A stretch of 55,618 nt of DNA, filler included, from Platydemus manokwari (lineage: Eukaryota), in the NCBI GenBank assembly GCA_037951405.1. It is 5 parts of 5 records of this genome, joined end to end, with 100 filler letters (N's around TTAATTAATTAA, not from the genome) between each part and the next. Parts side by side here need not be neighbours in the genome. Positions count along the whole stretch, not along the records: positions 1 to 10,920 come from JBBMOY011059967.1; 4 more parts are not named here. The stretch is one strand, 5' to 3'. Position numbers and translations under genes: made by a program. The notes under the pieces were generated by a model. The model ran no database searches. It had not been told where the DNA came from and saw only the letters and a program-made list of their open reading frames with translations. Below are positions 1-11,020 of the stretch, piece after piece (position 1 is the first letter of the stretch; each line of letters opens with the position of its first letter).

Positions 1-300
1 TTTTTACTGAGATAATTTTATTATCATCAACTTTATCTACATTTTTACATAAAATGAAGATAATACATTAAGTAATAAGCATTATATATTTTTCATAAGT
101 TTTTGATTTAGGAAGAAATTTACACTTCAAATATAGATTATAATGTTTCGTAAATGTTCATGCAGCCGTAAGTATTGATTGATCAATAACTTCAGAATCA
201 ATATTATTTTCAATAGTGTGTGCCATTGTATTCATATAAATTAAGATAGTCATATAAATACTGTGATTATTTTATTATTTCGAAGGCGCGACTAGTGAAA

Positions 301-1651
301 ATGACTGATAAGTATGAATATTCAAAAATTAGTACATCGTCGAAACAATGCTCTATCAATGAATTGAATGAAAATCCAAATGAGATTAATAATCAAATTG
401 ATCAACTAAGAAATTGGGCGATATCAATGCCTCATCTCAAGTGTCCATCGGGTATGACAATAATATTTATGTCATTATTATAACATAAATGATTTTATAG
501 ATTCTAATTTCTTGCTTCGATTTTTACGATCAGCAAAATTTGATATGAAAGCAGCGCAAAAACAATTAGATTTGTTTTGTACAGTGAGATGTTCTCATAG
601 AGGATATCCTGAATATTTCAATTATTCCAGCATTGATGAAGAGATGATTAATACATTCATCGACTCACAGTAAATCCATAAATAAAATATTTTTATAAAT
701 CATAAATGATTCAGAATGTTTGTTCCATTAGGCAGGAATAACGATGGAGAATTAATTATTTTTGCTCCAATAAGTATTAACATATATTTATTTATATTTT
801 TTAATGAAACACTTTATATTCACTTTCAAGAATTTTGGAATCCTGATAAAATTCCTAGAGATACATGGATAACATTGTTCTTTCTGGGATATGAACTTAT
901 TCAGTGTGATGAAGAGACTCAAATCCATGGAGTTAGGTTATACTTTGATATGACAGATGCCTCGGAGAAAATAGCAGAAGTGTGGACTGATAATAAATTT
1001 TTAAAAGATGTTGCAAAGTGCCATCAAGTGATACTTTAAATTAGTATTGATTAGGAAATTTATTTAAATCCTTTTAAGGATATTTTTCCGTGGCAATTCA
1101 AAAAACATGTGCTTTATAATTTACCCGCGATATATGACAATGCGTTCAAGATGTGGTCTTTCTATATGCGTAAATTCTTTAGTGGTAAAGTAAGAAAATG
1201 GTCATTGATATGTGACAGGGCCTTAATTATTTGTATTATTTGCATATTTTTGTTATTATCTTATATTTAATCAATACATTACAGACAATTTCTTTTCAAT
1301 TATTGATAACACTTTTCTTATAATAAATAATTTAATCAGTACTATTTGATTCGTTAAATTTAGATCATACGAACTAATAATCTAGACGAGGCATTTCAAC
1401 ATATTCCTGGATTAAAAGATCTCTTACCAATCGAATACGGTGGATGTGGTGGTCCTTTGAAACCTCGTATTGGTAATAATTATTTTCATTGAAATAAATG
1501 ATTTATCCATTTTTTCACAGATAAATGGAAACAAACATTCACAAATCATTACAAAAATAAATATCCGTTTTACGATATTTCTGTGGATGAATCGATTCGC
1601 CATGAAGAAACCTTGGATTATTTTGACGAATATCTGGATTATGAAGATTAA
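301..1651 (+). CDS. CRAL-TRIO (Sec14-like) lipid-binding protein, alpha-tocopherol transfer protein/clavesin-like; 7 coding exons, ~308 aa
   Basis: Hand-spliced with GT-AG introns: exons 301-451, 501-669, 715-773, 831-1027, 1079-1189, 1364-1472, 1521-1651 (927 nt, open frame). Motifs: CRAL_TRIO_N DSNFLLRFLRSAKFD, ETQIHGVRLYFD, FPWQFKKHVLYNLP, C-terminal LLPIEYGG. Probable 5'UTR intron 168-285; AATAAA at 1711-1716. Confidence 0.93.
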
Positions 1652-1915
1652 TTATGGGCAGGATTATTATTGATTAACTAACTTAGAAGCTGAAAGGTGG
1701 TGGTTAATTGAATAAAAATAATTTTACTTTTTGGTCAACTGCATTTTATTTAATAAATCTATAAAAACTTTATATTGTGCTTTTTATTTTTCACTTAATA
1801 TACTTTTTTATTATCTTCCGTGGTTATCATTTAAAATTGTTAATCAGTAAACCATAACCGTTCCCACATTATCATTTAATAACCCACATGTTTTGAAAAA
1901 CTTATTTATAAAACA

Positions 1916-1916
1916 T

Positions 1917-1960
<44 letters not shown>
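1916..1960. repeat. (CA)n(TA)n compound microsatellite
   Basis: Directly visible dinucleotide runs. Confidence 0.95.
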
Positions 1961-1963
<3 letters not shown>

Positions 1964-2989
1964 TGTAAATATCATATAATAATCGAATTCATAATAATTA
2001 TTATTAAACGCGTATAACTATAGATAAACATATTACATTTTTTACAAATAAAATCACAGGAATGAAAAAGAAATAACTTTAATTCATTCACATTGCCTTG
2101 GAAAAAGTAGGCGCAACCCTAGTAATTCGAATATAAATTTCAAATAATCATGGTTACAGAGGAAATTACTATAGTATATGATAAATGATTAATAACTCAC
2201 ACATATGCTCACAACCTGAAACAGTATAAAAGGAAAGTTAATCGTCACTCGTTTGCACAATAATCTCACAACCAAATGTATTCATTATGTGAAGGTTATA
2301 TGTGAAACCTATTCACTATTGGTTTCATATAAAATTTGAAATTATCTTTTGTTACTGCTGAGTACGTCGCAAAATCAGCCAAAATGTTTCTATGAACCAG
2401 GGAAATAACTCTAAAATTGGTTGACACACAATCAGATTATTTCTAATATTAATCCATATTTAGAAGTTCAAAATCGACAGACACTTATCAACAGATGGCA
2501 ATAAACTCAAATATCGGCCAGTGGCATAAGGAATGCAAGGAAAATTACAAGCATGCATGTGTGCTAGAGAATTCATCAAATAAAAAACAAAGATCCATGA
2601 CATCAAGCAGACATACTCAATAGGTCTACAAAAGAGTTTGTAATCCATGAGTAAGTTGTTTGGTTGGTAATCTGTGTTTTGTTCTTGAATTTTTAGTGAT
2701 TTTCAGCAGCCATTTTGTTTGGTTGTTTTCTATTCTCTGTTTGAATTTCGGGGGCTGTATGAAAATTTGTTATTGACTTGCGATAAGAATTTAATTGTAT
2801 CTGTTCATAATCGAATTTACAATATTGTAATTTTAATATCATTTTCAGATTTTGTTGTTAATTTTTACCCAATATTATCGTATTCGTATGCAGAATTCAC
2901 AACTTACCTTATTGGAACATTAAGCAGATTTAATTCCTATCCTCAAGTGATTGATTATTTCAAACTAATTCAATTTCTCTACTGAATCA

Positions 2990-3450
2990 CAGTAACCATT
3001 TTTTCTATCTTTATTAACTTCTTCGCATCAATTTCCGATGGAAGATTTTTTGTGAAATATTGATTTAATCTAATCGATAAAGTCGGAACATAAAATAATA
3101 ATTTTCTAAAGTTTTCATGTCGGAGTAGAGAGCCACTTAGTCTCGTTCCGCCGATTTTTATTACTCTTGAGGTCACAACACTACTTGTTTTAAAATCACG
3201 CATTGCACATTTGTTAATTATTATTATAATCAATAAAAGTATTATATTGTTTATTGTTATTTATTCATATTAGTAACACGCAGCTAATTATCTTTTAGTT
3301 ATCAGATCCTTGGTGGAAACATCAATTATCGGTTTCTAACTTAATAACGGTTTGAATAATCGAGAATATCTTGTTGATTCGAATCTGTTAAAATCACCAA
3401 ATTGAATTCCATCAGATAGAAATGAGTCAATTATTCATTCAAATCTGACC
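2990..3450 (+). mobile_element. Repeat family A copy 1, probably a degraded LTR plus PBS/leader region of an LTR retrotransposon
   Basis: Reverse-complement similarity to 7990-8425: 3302-3326 TCAGATCCTTGGTGGAAACATCAAT vs 8089-8112, and 3132-3141 GCCACTTAGT vs 8295-8304. The TGGTGGA motif is PBS-like. LTR identity is inferred from the pol remnants attached to the other copy. Confidence 0.55.
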
Positions 3451-4474
3451 AGCACAAATCTCGTAATAGAGATTGGTCAAAACATTGATAGTTCAATTTT
3501 TGGAATTCTCATTACAGATAGAGTAATTAAGTAATAAAATAAAAATAATAGTTCCAAAAAATAATAAAATTAGATATCTTATGATAAGTGTTTTGATGCT
3601 CAACAATATTTTTGTTTATTTATATATTCAACATATCAATGTTGTTTACACATAAATTATTATGATTTATTATACATACCATAAGATTATTGCTAATTAA
3701 GATCTTAATTGAGTACTTGAATGACACATAACGGATTTTTAAAAAGTGATTTATTGATTAGTTGTCATACGCTTTATCGGACGTTTTATTTGTATGTTTA
3801 ACACCTATGTTATATCGTTAATAATATCGGATATTTCCAATTTCGATCGAATCAAGTTTTTGGATTCAAACAAGTTATTCTTAAAAAAATTGGTTCAAAC
3901 CCAACAATAAAAGGAACGTCATTTTTAATCGTAACAATTCCATTATTCACATGTCTCCATAATTCCAAAGAGAATTCAGATACATAAAATCCGGGGAAAG
4001 CGCATTGTATAAACATGATATTAATAGTAAAACAAATTTTAAATTAATATAAATTCCCAGGGTAACCAACTGTCATAACTGAAAACCAATCGGATTCATT
4101 CAATTAACGAAGATTAACAGATAAATAATATCATCAAATGTAGAAAAATGTCGAAATCATAAAAGTTAATGCTTGTGAATGCAGAGCTAGAAGCCAGGCA
4201 GCACTTGGTCAACAAGTTGTGCGTGACATCTGATTATAAAGCAATGATCATGAGCAATCTACGTATGGCGTTGACATACAGACACAATGCCCCGATATGT
4301 CAATTGATATGCCACACATTCTGATTGGTTGAAAATGAAAATCGATGTATCCATTTCGGAACAGAAAGCAATTTACTCAAAATTGTGGTCGAACAATTCA
4401 TCCCGATTCCTCCGTTTTACAGGAAGACGTAATTAATGAAGTCAAGAAAATAACATGTGTATCTCTATTAACAT

Positions 4475-7010
4475 TCAAGCATCATCACCATAGAAACTCG
4501 GTATCACAGACGATCGACACACGCCGTAAAATTTGTCGGGTTTCAGATTCGATTTGCAAGCAGTGAATTTCCAACCGGTATGAGAAGCACAAGTTCGACA
4601 TTGCATGATGGTCCAGGCGTACCTAAATCGTTAACGATTAAAATCAATCAGTAATGCGTTACACAAGCACCAGCACCACGCGATGACCCCCACCCAATCG
4701 CTGTCAAATGCAAGGCAGGTGTGTAATGTCAGCACGTGGTGCCCGTATCTCAAAGAATGAAACGATTTGATACCCCGGGAACCAGGAATATTCCTCTGTC
4801 GGTCTGCCAATAAGCTGCACATTGGACACGCCAGAAACGGTGAGCATCTCATGCAGATGGCCATGCGGATTAACAAATGTCTGCAATGAGCCCTCAGTGG
4901 CAAGGCACACGATTTTCTGCTTGCTGGTAATGAGCTGCTGACAATTGTTGCACAGGAAATTCGAGCACTGCAATAAAATAATATCAGCTGGCCAAGTTCC
5001 TGAATCAGCACGTCACCTTAATTAGGAGGTCAAGGCAGCCTTGTAACCGGGTAACGACATGATCCTTCTCCATGAGGTCGATCTTGTGAACATCGGGCAC
5101 TGGTAAGTTTTGCAAAATCCAATATGAGAACTGAACAGCAATTTCTTCTGTCCAATGATCAAGGCGCCATGTGCTGTTCCAATCTTTGAGTTCCTTTTTC
5201 ACTTTACCGATGAGCCTCTCCTTTCAAAAATGAGATGAGCAAAACTGACAACAAATCATAACATATCGAACACACACACACACACGCATCGAATCGCAAC
5301 ACACACATACACGATTCGAGTCACAACACACACACGCATCAAATCGCAACACACCCACTGGCACACCGGGAAACTTACTGTGTCATACATCTCATATACC
5401 CAGCATGGAAATCGGCCCAATGCGTGAGCAGTTGCTGCAAACACGTCCCGACGAGCCGGTAGACGAGTCTCTCGAGTTCGAGAAAAGTCTGATCGAGAGA
5501 ATGCAAATTGACGGCCCTGACTATCAACAGCAGGTGTGACGATTTGCATTGATTGTTTCAACTGTTCTTCAGTGAGCCACGTGCTCTGATCACTGCACAG
5601 TAACGCCAGTGGATCACCAAGCAACTGTGCCAAAGGGGTCTGATTGACTATATCGGTCGACATTGGTTCCTCATCTGTGACAACTTTGCTCACTGGTCGA
5701 CTAGATCTGAGTCGACGGAACATACGTGTGATGGAAAAACCGTGGCTATTGTTGCCTTGGGCCTGAACAGGATCCTGTTGAGAAAGAGGAAAGGGTAGAG
5801 GCTCGTAATGTCTGTTGCAGTAGTCCAGTCTGTATTTGCAGCTACTAGAACCGTACTTGCGCCATGAAAGTGGCACTGCATTTTGGAAAGGATGTTTCTT
5901 AGAACCGAGAAGCTCGCTGTATTCGCACAATATAATCACCGACCCGATGAGATTGCTATACAATGGGAATTAATAGATTCATCACAAATTGCGGAGACAA
6001 TGAACCAATGATCCAATTGCTATTGGAAACCAATGATCCATTGCATCATCAACACAATCGATCACTCACTTGTCGGATCGTCGTCGCACTGATATCGTCT
6101 TGAATCGTTGTCTACCAACGACCATTGCAGTGACGTTAGATTCCTCATTGCGAATGGAAATTAACTCAGCCGTGGTACCAACACAGCCATTCAAATTGAC
6201 CCGATCGATTCTGAAATGAAAAACATCTTATTATATCTTTTTCACAAAGGTGCTCCAACGTTGTAGTTTAAACCAGAACTGCGGACTCGATTCAACTTAT
6301 TACCGATTCTGCAGATTTGGTTTAAACACATCCACATCTAGTTTCGTTTGAATGGTAATGCTGAGACATTTAATTACTTACGGGCTTGCAATAAATCCAA
6401 TAATTCGATTTGTTTCCTTAGCCTTGATAAATATATCTGCTTGTGTAGGGGGTAACGAAATAGGAAATCGTTGTCCTGGAACTAAAATTACATTTGGACG
6501 CCAGAACAAGAACAGCTCGACAACACTTTCTGGATCAAAAATTGTTCGTCCAACCAACTGTTCCATTTCTTTATTCAAATACTAGAAATTTTAAAATTTA
6601 AATTCTAATAACCTTAACAAAATTCTAGGAATTAACAAAGATTTCAATTTTTCCAGAAAAATTTATATTTGATAGATTTATATACATGGAAGCAAGAAAA
6701 TTCATAAACATAAAATTTAATTACACTATGCATTCCGGGTAAAGATAGATCAATATTAACATCATCAAAATTGTCAATTTCATCCACTAATTCAACCTCG
6801 TTAGTAGGTTGTAAGACAATTAAATCATCATTTGATAAACTAGAATCTTCAATTTCACTATTTTCTGAATCTCCTTAATATCAAAAAATATCTACAATAT
6901 CATTGTTAGTTTTCAATACCAGATAAGGTTAAAGAGTTTTCTTCACCAAGCTCTTCGTAAAGATCATTTGTAGAATTATTTTCGTTGTCTTCATTCAAAT
7001 CTTCATCCAT
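4475..7010 (-). CDS. CRBN: Cereblon (Lon-N + CULT/thalidomide-binding domain); 8 exons, ~567 aa
   Basis: Exons (minus strand): 7010-6920, 6873-6725, 6581-6382, 6210-6070, 5955-5379, 5220-5017, 4967-4774, 4622-4475 (1704 nt, open frame, GT-AG). Motifs: DLSLPGMHSYL, GTTAELIS, GRQRFK, WVYEMYD, FSYWILQNLP, Zn-binding CNNC and CRTC, [16 protein letters not shown], GWKF. Confidence 0.96.
5268..5360. repeat. Intronic CA-rich composite minisatellite in CRBN intron 5
   Basis: About four (CA)n runs separated by related spacers (CGCATCGAATCGCAA, CGATTCGAGTCACAA, CGCATCAAATCGCAA). Confidence 0.8.
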
Positions 7011-7249
7011 CAAATTAAATAAAAAATATATACTTAAAGTTTTAATAAAAAAATAATAAATTAAATAATATATTAAAACAATTTCGAATATAATGATATT
7101 TTGACAAATTAAAATTAAATATATTATTTTAATTGATTTCATAACTACAATTCTATTTATTTTTAATTCAAAATTTAAGATTTATTCAAAAGTCTCAATT
7201 GTAAAATTTAATGATCTGGAAAATAATATATTAACAAAGTTGAATTAAT

Positions 7250-8430
7250 TACTACTTTTAATAGTTACAACAAAACCATGTTATGATAGGAATAATGTGA
7301 CTAATAATGTTTCAAACATAAATTCTGTTTATCTGTTATAATGTTATATCTCAAATAAGGTATTGATGAAATCGAAATTATATATGTATAACACTCAACA
7401 ATTTTGATGATCAGTTGTCACATATTGAAAACATTCCTATGTCCTATTTACGAATATAAATGGCTTTGTCAAGTTTTATCAATACATTTAGTAAGTATAT
7501 ATAAGAAATTTACTAACAACAATTATTATCATGAATGGTATATCTGAAACTCAATATTCAAATATCCTTTTATTCATAAGTACACTTCGACGAAATATGT
7601 TAATGCTTTATGGTAGACTATATATTGGTACTCCATTAAAATGTGATTATTATTATCAATAACACATTAAGTGAATGCCAAAAGTGACTTTAAAGACTTT
7701 AATATACTTATATTTTTATACATTTTGATAATATACTACCCAGAGAGTTTGTCACGGAATGTGGTACAGTATATTAATAATTCAACTTTTAATCTTCCAA
7801 ATAGATCGCGTTTGTTTCTGGTTCAAATATAGTATTCTTTTTTTTCTAATATTTTTAGAGGTTAAATAGAACTCTTTTCTTAATTGACTATCTTTACTTG
7901 CAAGTTTCACTACATAATTTTTGTGAATTTTTCAGTATTCAAGCCTGGATCTTATAATTTTCATTGTCTGAATATATTTTTAATATTGAGTACTGTTGGA
8001 AACTTGTTTGGTGATAAGTTAATAGTGAATCAACGATTTTTCAACCGATAATTTACTATGTAGTTAAATGAGCTTCCGTGAGTTTGAGATTGATGTTTCC
8101 ACCAATATCTGAAGCTTCACAGATTACTAGGTTGTGTGTAAATGAGTTATATTAATATTAATAATAACAACAATAATGTAATAACAAAATACTTTATTAT
8201 AATAAATATTATCTAATGTAAAATGCTATAAAGTTAGAAGGAGTAAGCTGTTGTGCCCTGAAGATTTATCAGTAAATAACAACCGCCGGAGGGAACTAAG
8301 TGGCGCCCCACTGCAGTATATAAACTAAAGAAGTATTGATTTTAGACTCACAAACGCTGTTACGATTTTGTGAGGGTTAATGTTCAGTGACAACAAATCT
8401 CCTTTCGGAGAATGAATGATATCAGGTGAG
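7250..8430 (-). mobile_element. Repeat family A copy 2: internally deleted Gypsy-type LTR retrotransposon relic just upstream of CRBN
   Basis: Minus-strand remnants: LTR/PBS-like region ~8090-8430, RT N-terminal-like PIYSLP*SI (~7600-7635), RNase H-like VTTDHQ (~7405-7420). Many stops and frameshifts. Confidence 0.5.
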
Positions 8431-8449
8431 CAAAATAACAATGAACTTT

Positions 8450-9120
8450 TACCATTTTGAATTAATAATTGAACTGAATATAATGTGAACAATTGTCGCC
8501 GGATACTCGAAATTTTTGAAAATAGTTGATTATTTTAGTTATCTAGAATTTGATTTGCAGTCTCGAACTTGATTTGTAGTCTCGAATTTGATCTCGAAGT
8601 GGATCTATAATCGTTACGAATTGTGTCGTTTTGTGGTGAGAATACTAAATTTTACTTCAGTATTTATAGGGATTTGAAATGTGGGCTAATGATTAATTTT
8701 ATTTCTGATTTGTGGATTTCCTTAGTAATATCCACCGTTTTCATGGCAATTTGCATTTAAATTTAAATTTCTTTGACTATATTTCGGATTGCTATGGCAA
8801 CGTGGATAAATAATTTTTCGAAAATTTTTTTTATAACTATTATTATTATCATTCCGCCCACACGCCTACATTTTAATTAATGTGGGTTTTCTGTTTTATT
8901 TATTATTATTACTATTATGTATTATCTATTATTGTGTAATTTATTATTATTACTATTATGTATTATCTATTATTATGTAATTCATTATTATTACTATTAT
9001 GTATTAATGATTATAAGATTTATTAAAATACAAATTTGGTAATTTTCTTGGTTTGAATTTGACCTGCATGGGTCTGAATGCTTCGATTTGTGACGTCATC
9101 GGCGCAGTAGAGGCACATTT
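8450..9120 (-). mobile_element. Degenerate gag-like relic with short tandem repeats
   Basis: Minus-strand degenerate Cys/His knuckle-like stretches (~8720-8805), ~19-bp repeats at 8549-8600, Asn/Ile-rich repeat upstream. Weak, by-eye assignment. Confidence 0.3.
8899..9006. repeat. 41-bp tandem repeat, ~2.6 copies
   Basis: Unit TTTATTATTATTACTATTATGTATTATCTATTATT(G/A)TGTAA at 8899-8939 and 8940-8980, partial copy to ~9006. Confidence 0.9.
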
Positions 9121-9899
9121 TATTTATTAATTTTATGCTTTCTTGATTTAAATTGTATTTATTCCATTTAAATATTTATTATTATTAATCTAGTATTATT
9201 ATTATTAAAATTATTTTTATTTAATTATTATTTAATTATTATCGAATAAAAATTAGATTATCATATTTTAATAATAAAAATATAGATATATTCATTATTT
9301 TAAAAATTGTATTACTCTAAATTACTCTAAAATTATAAACATGTAGATTATTGTGTCATTACATATAGGTATATTATTTTACAGGATAAAATACAAAAAG
9401 CACGAAATATTTATTAACACAGGGCATCGTCTATTATTATATCTAGATTTGTTGGTCAATTGTTCCAGACTAATTCTTATAGAAAATAAAGTTATTGAAA
9501 AGTTATACTCAAACTAGAATGTTTTAGTAAGAGACATTACAAGTACTTTCTATTGAGTTGTAATGAAGAACCCAACAATAGAATAGAACAATATAGAAGA
9601 CTGGAAAAAATAATCCATTAAAGTAAAAATATAAAATAAACCTAGAATGATTTGATCGACGGCGAGTTCCAAACAAATTTTTCAAACAATTTGAATTGTA
9701 ATGAATTGTAATCTCTCTCTTTATAAATATGTTTAGCAATCCCGAATATATCGAATTTAAAATAATGCAATTTTTGAATATAATATTAGTCGGAATTTTA
9801 AATTATATTTGTATTGAAGGAAGTTAGTTTTTTGTTTATTTATCAATTTATGTGTTATATCTGGGGTCTATATCGATTTCTGTTATTTCTACAATCACT

Positions 9900-10770
9900 A
9901 TTATTATTGTCATCTTTTAGAAATGTCTATGTCTAAAAAGAACTACAGAGTTCTGATATCCACAAGTTACAATTTACCGAATATTATGATGTTCTTTCGT
10001 CTCGATCAACTCTAATTCACGTATACGAAAGTGGGATTTAGACACAGCTTTATTCAATTTCTAATTATTTATCCAACTTTTAATTGCTAATTGCCTATGC
10101 TGCACTCTATCAAAAGGTAATGGGATGATTTTGAATATGATATTATTTACTGGGATGATGTGAGACCTCATGGGACCTGCCAGTTGCAGAGTATTTAATC
10201 GCATAAAATGTATCTCTGCCACAATAAATTCTAGTTTATTAAATACATGTGTATAGCATTGAATAATAATCGTAGATAATTTCTACGAATAACTCTTTAC
10301 TGCCTAAATAAAGCAGTGACCACAATTATTGCAAGCACAATTTTGAAATATCTATGTTTAATGAACTACCGAGAGGAATAAAACCAGTTGTAAAAGGAAT
10401 TTGATAACAAACCCAAAAGATAGGAAAAATATGCAATGGTTGACGTAAATAGTTGATTATTTTACATTTTAAAATCATACTTAATCTTCTTTTGGTGTTG
10501 AATACTTTAGTGCAGTACTGGCCAAATGCAGGTTTCGGATCCGCTTAGAAATTGATCTTCTTTTCTTCCATGTGATCGCCTTATCGAGCTTCTATATTGA
10601 ACATAGTAACTGGATTTCGTATGTAATAATTGTTCATGCAATAATTGTGGTCACTGCCTTATTTAGGCAGCGATGAGTCATTCGTACAAATTCGCTACAA
10701 TTATTATTTAATGATATGCATATGCGTTTAATATACTGTGACAGAGTTAAATTCTCTACGATTAAATTTA
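9900..10770 (-). mobile_element. Repeat family B (probable LTR + gag start), rearranged copy containing an inverted segment
   Basis: 9977-10011 matches the reverse complement of 27695-27730. 10480-10770 matches 36100-36400 in the same orientation. 10192-10342 is the same family in the opposite orientation. Confidence 0.7.
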
Positions 10771-10920
10771 ATGTATGACTATTTTATTTGATTCTGATTG
10801 ATTATTTTTTCTAGCGTGCCTGATAATTGTTGATAAATAATTCTAATTTTACCTTAATTTATTTTTTTATAAAATTAAATTAAATCTGATTAAAATTTGA
10901 ATAAAATGTAAATTAAAATT

Positions 10921-11020
10921 NNNNNNNNNNNNNNNNNNNNNNNNNNNNNNNNNNNNNNNNNNNNTTAATTAATTAANNNNNNNNNNNNNNNNNNNNNNNN
11001 NNNNNNNNNNNNNNNNNNNN
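10921..11020. other. Synthetic contig linker
   Basis: 44 N + TTAATTAATTAA (stops in all six frames) + 44 N, identical at four places in the window. Confidence 0.98.

Noticed and set aside
2460-3233. ORFs 2460-2648, 2719-2985 and 2979-3233
   Set aside because: No recognisable motifs; the last overlaps repeat family A. Probably chance or transposon-derived frames.
3340-3534. Near-open plus-strand frame first read as a lectin-like pseudogene
   Set aside because: Better explained by nucleotide similarity to the leader of repeat family A at 7990-8090.
4345-6585. Alternative-frame and antisense ORFs over CRBN (4345-4566, 4631-5011, 5690-5881, 6352-6585)
   Set aside because: Shadow ORFs expected in GC-richer coding DNA; no independent motifs.
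8549-9006. Short tandem repeats as a possible CRISPR-like array
   Set aside because: Head-to-tail units without unique spacers, in eukaryotic DNA, with no cas-like genes.
10965-10976. Palindromic TTAATTAATTAA recurring four times, as a possible recombination site or regularly spaced repeat
   Set aside because: Always centred in exactly 88 Ns; it is an artificial six-frame-stop linker.
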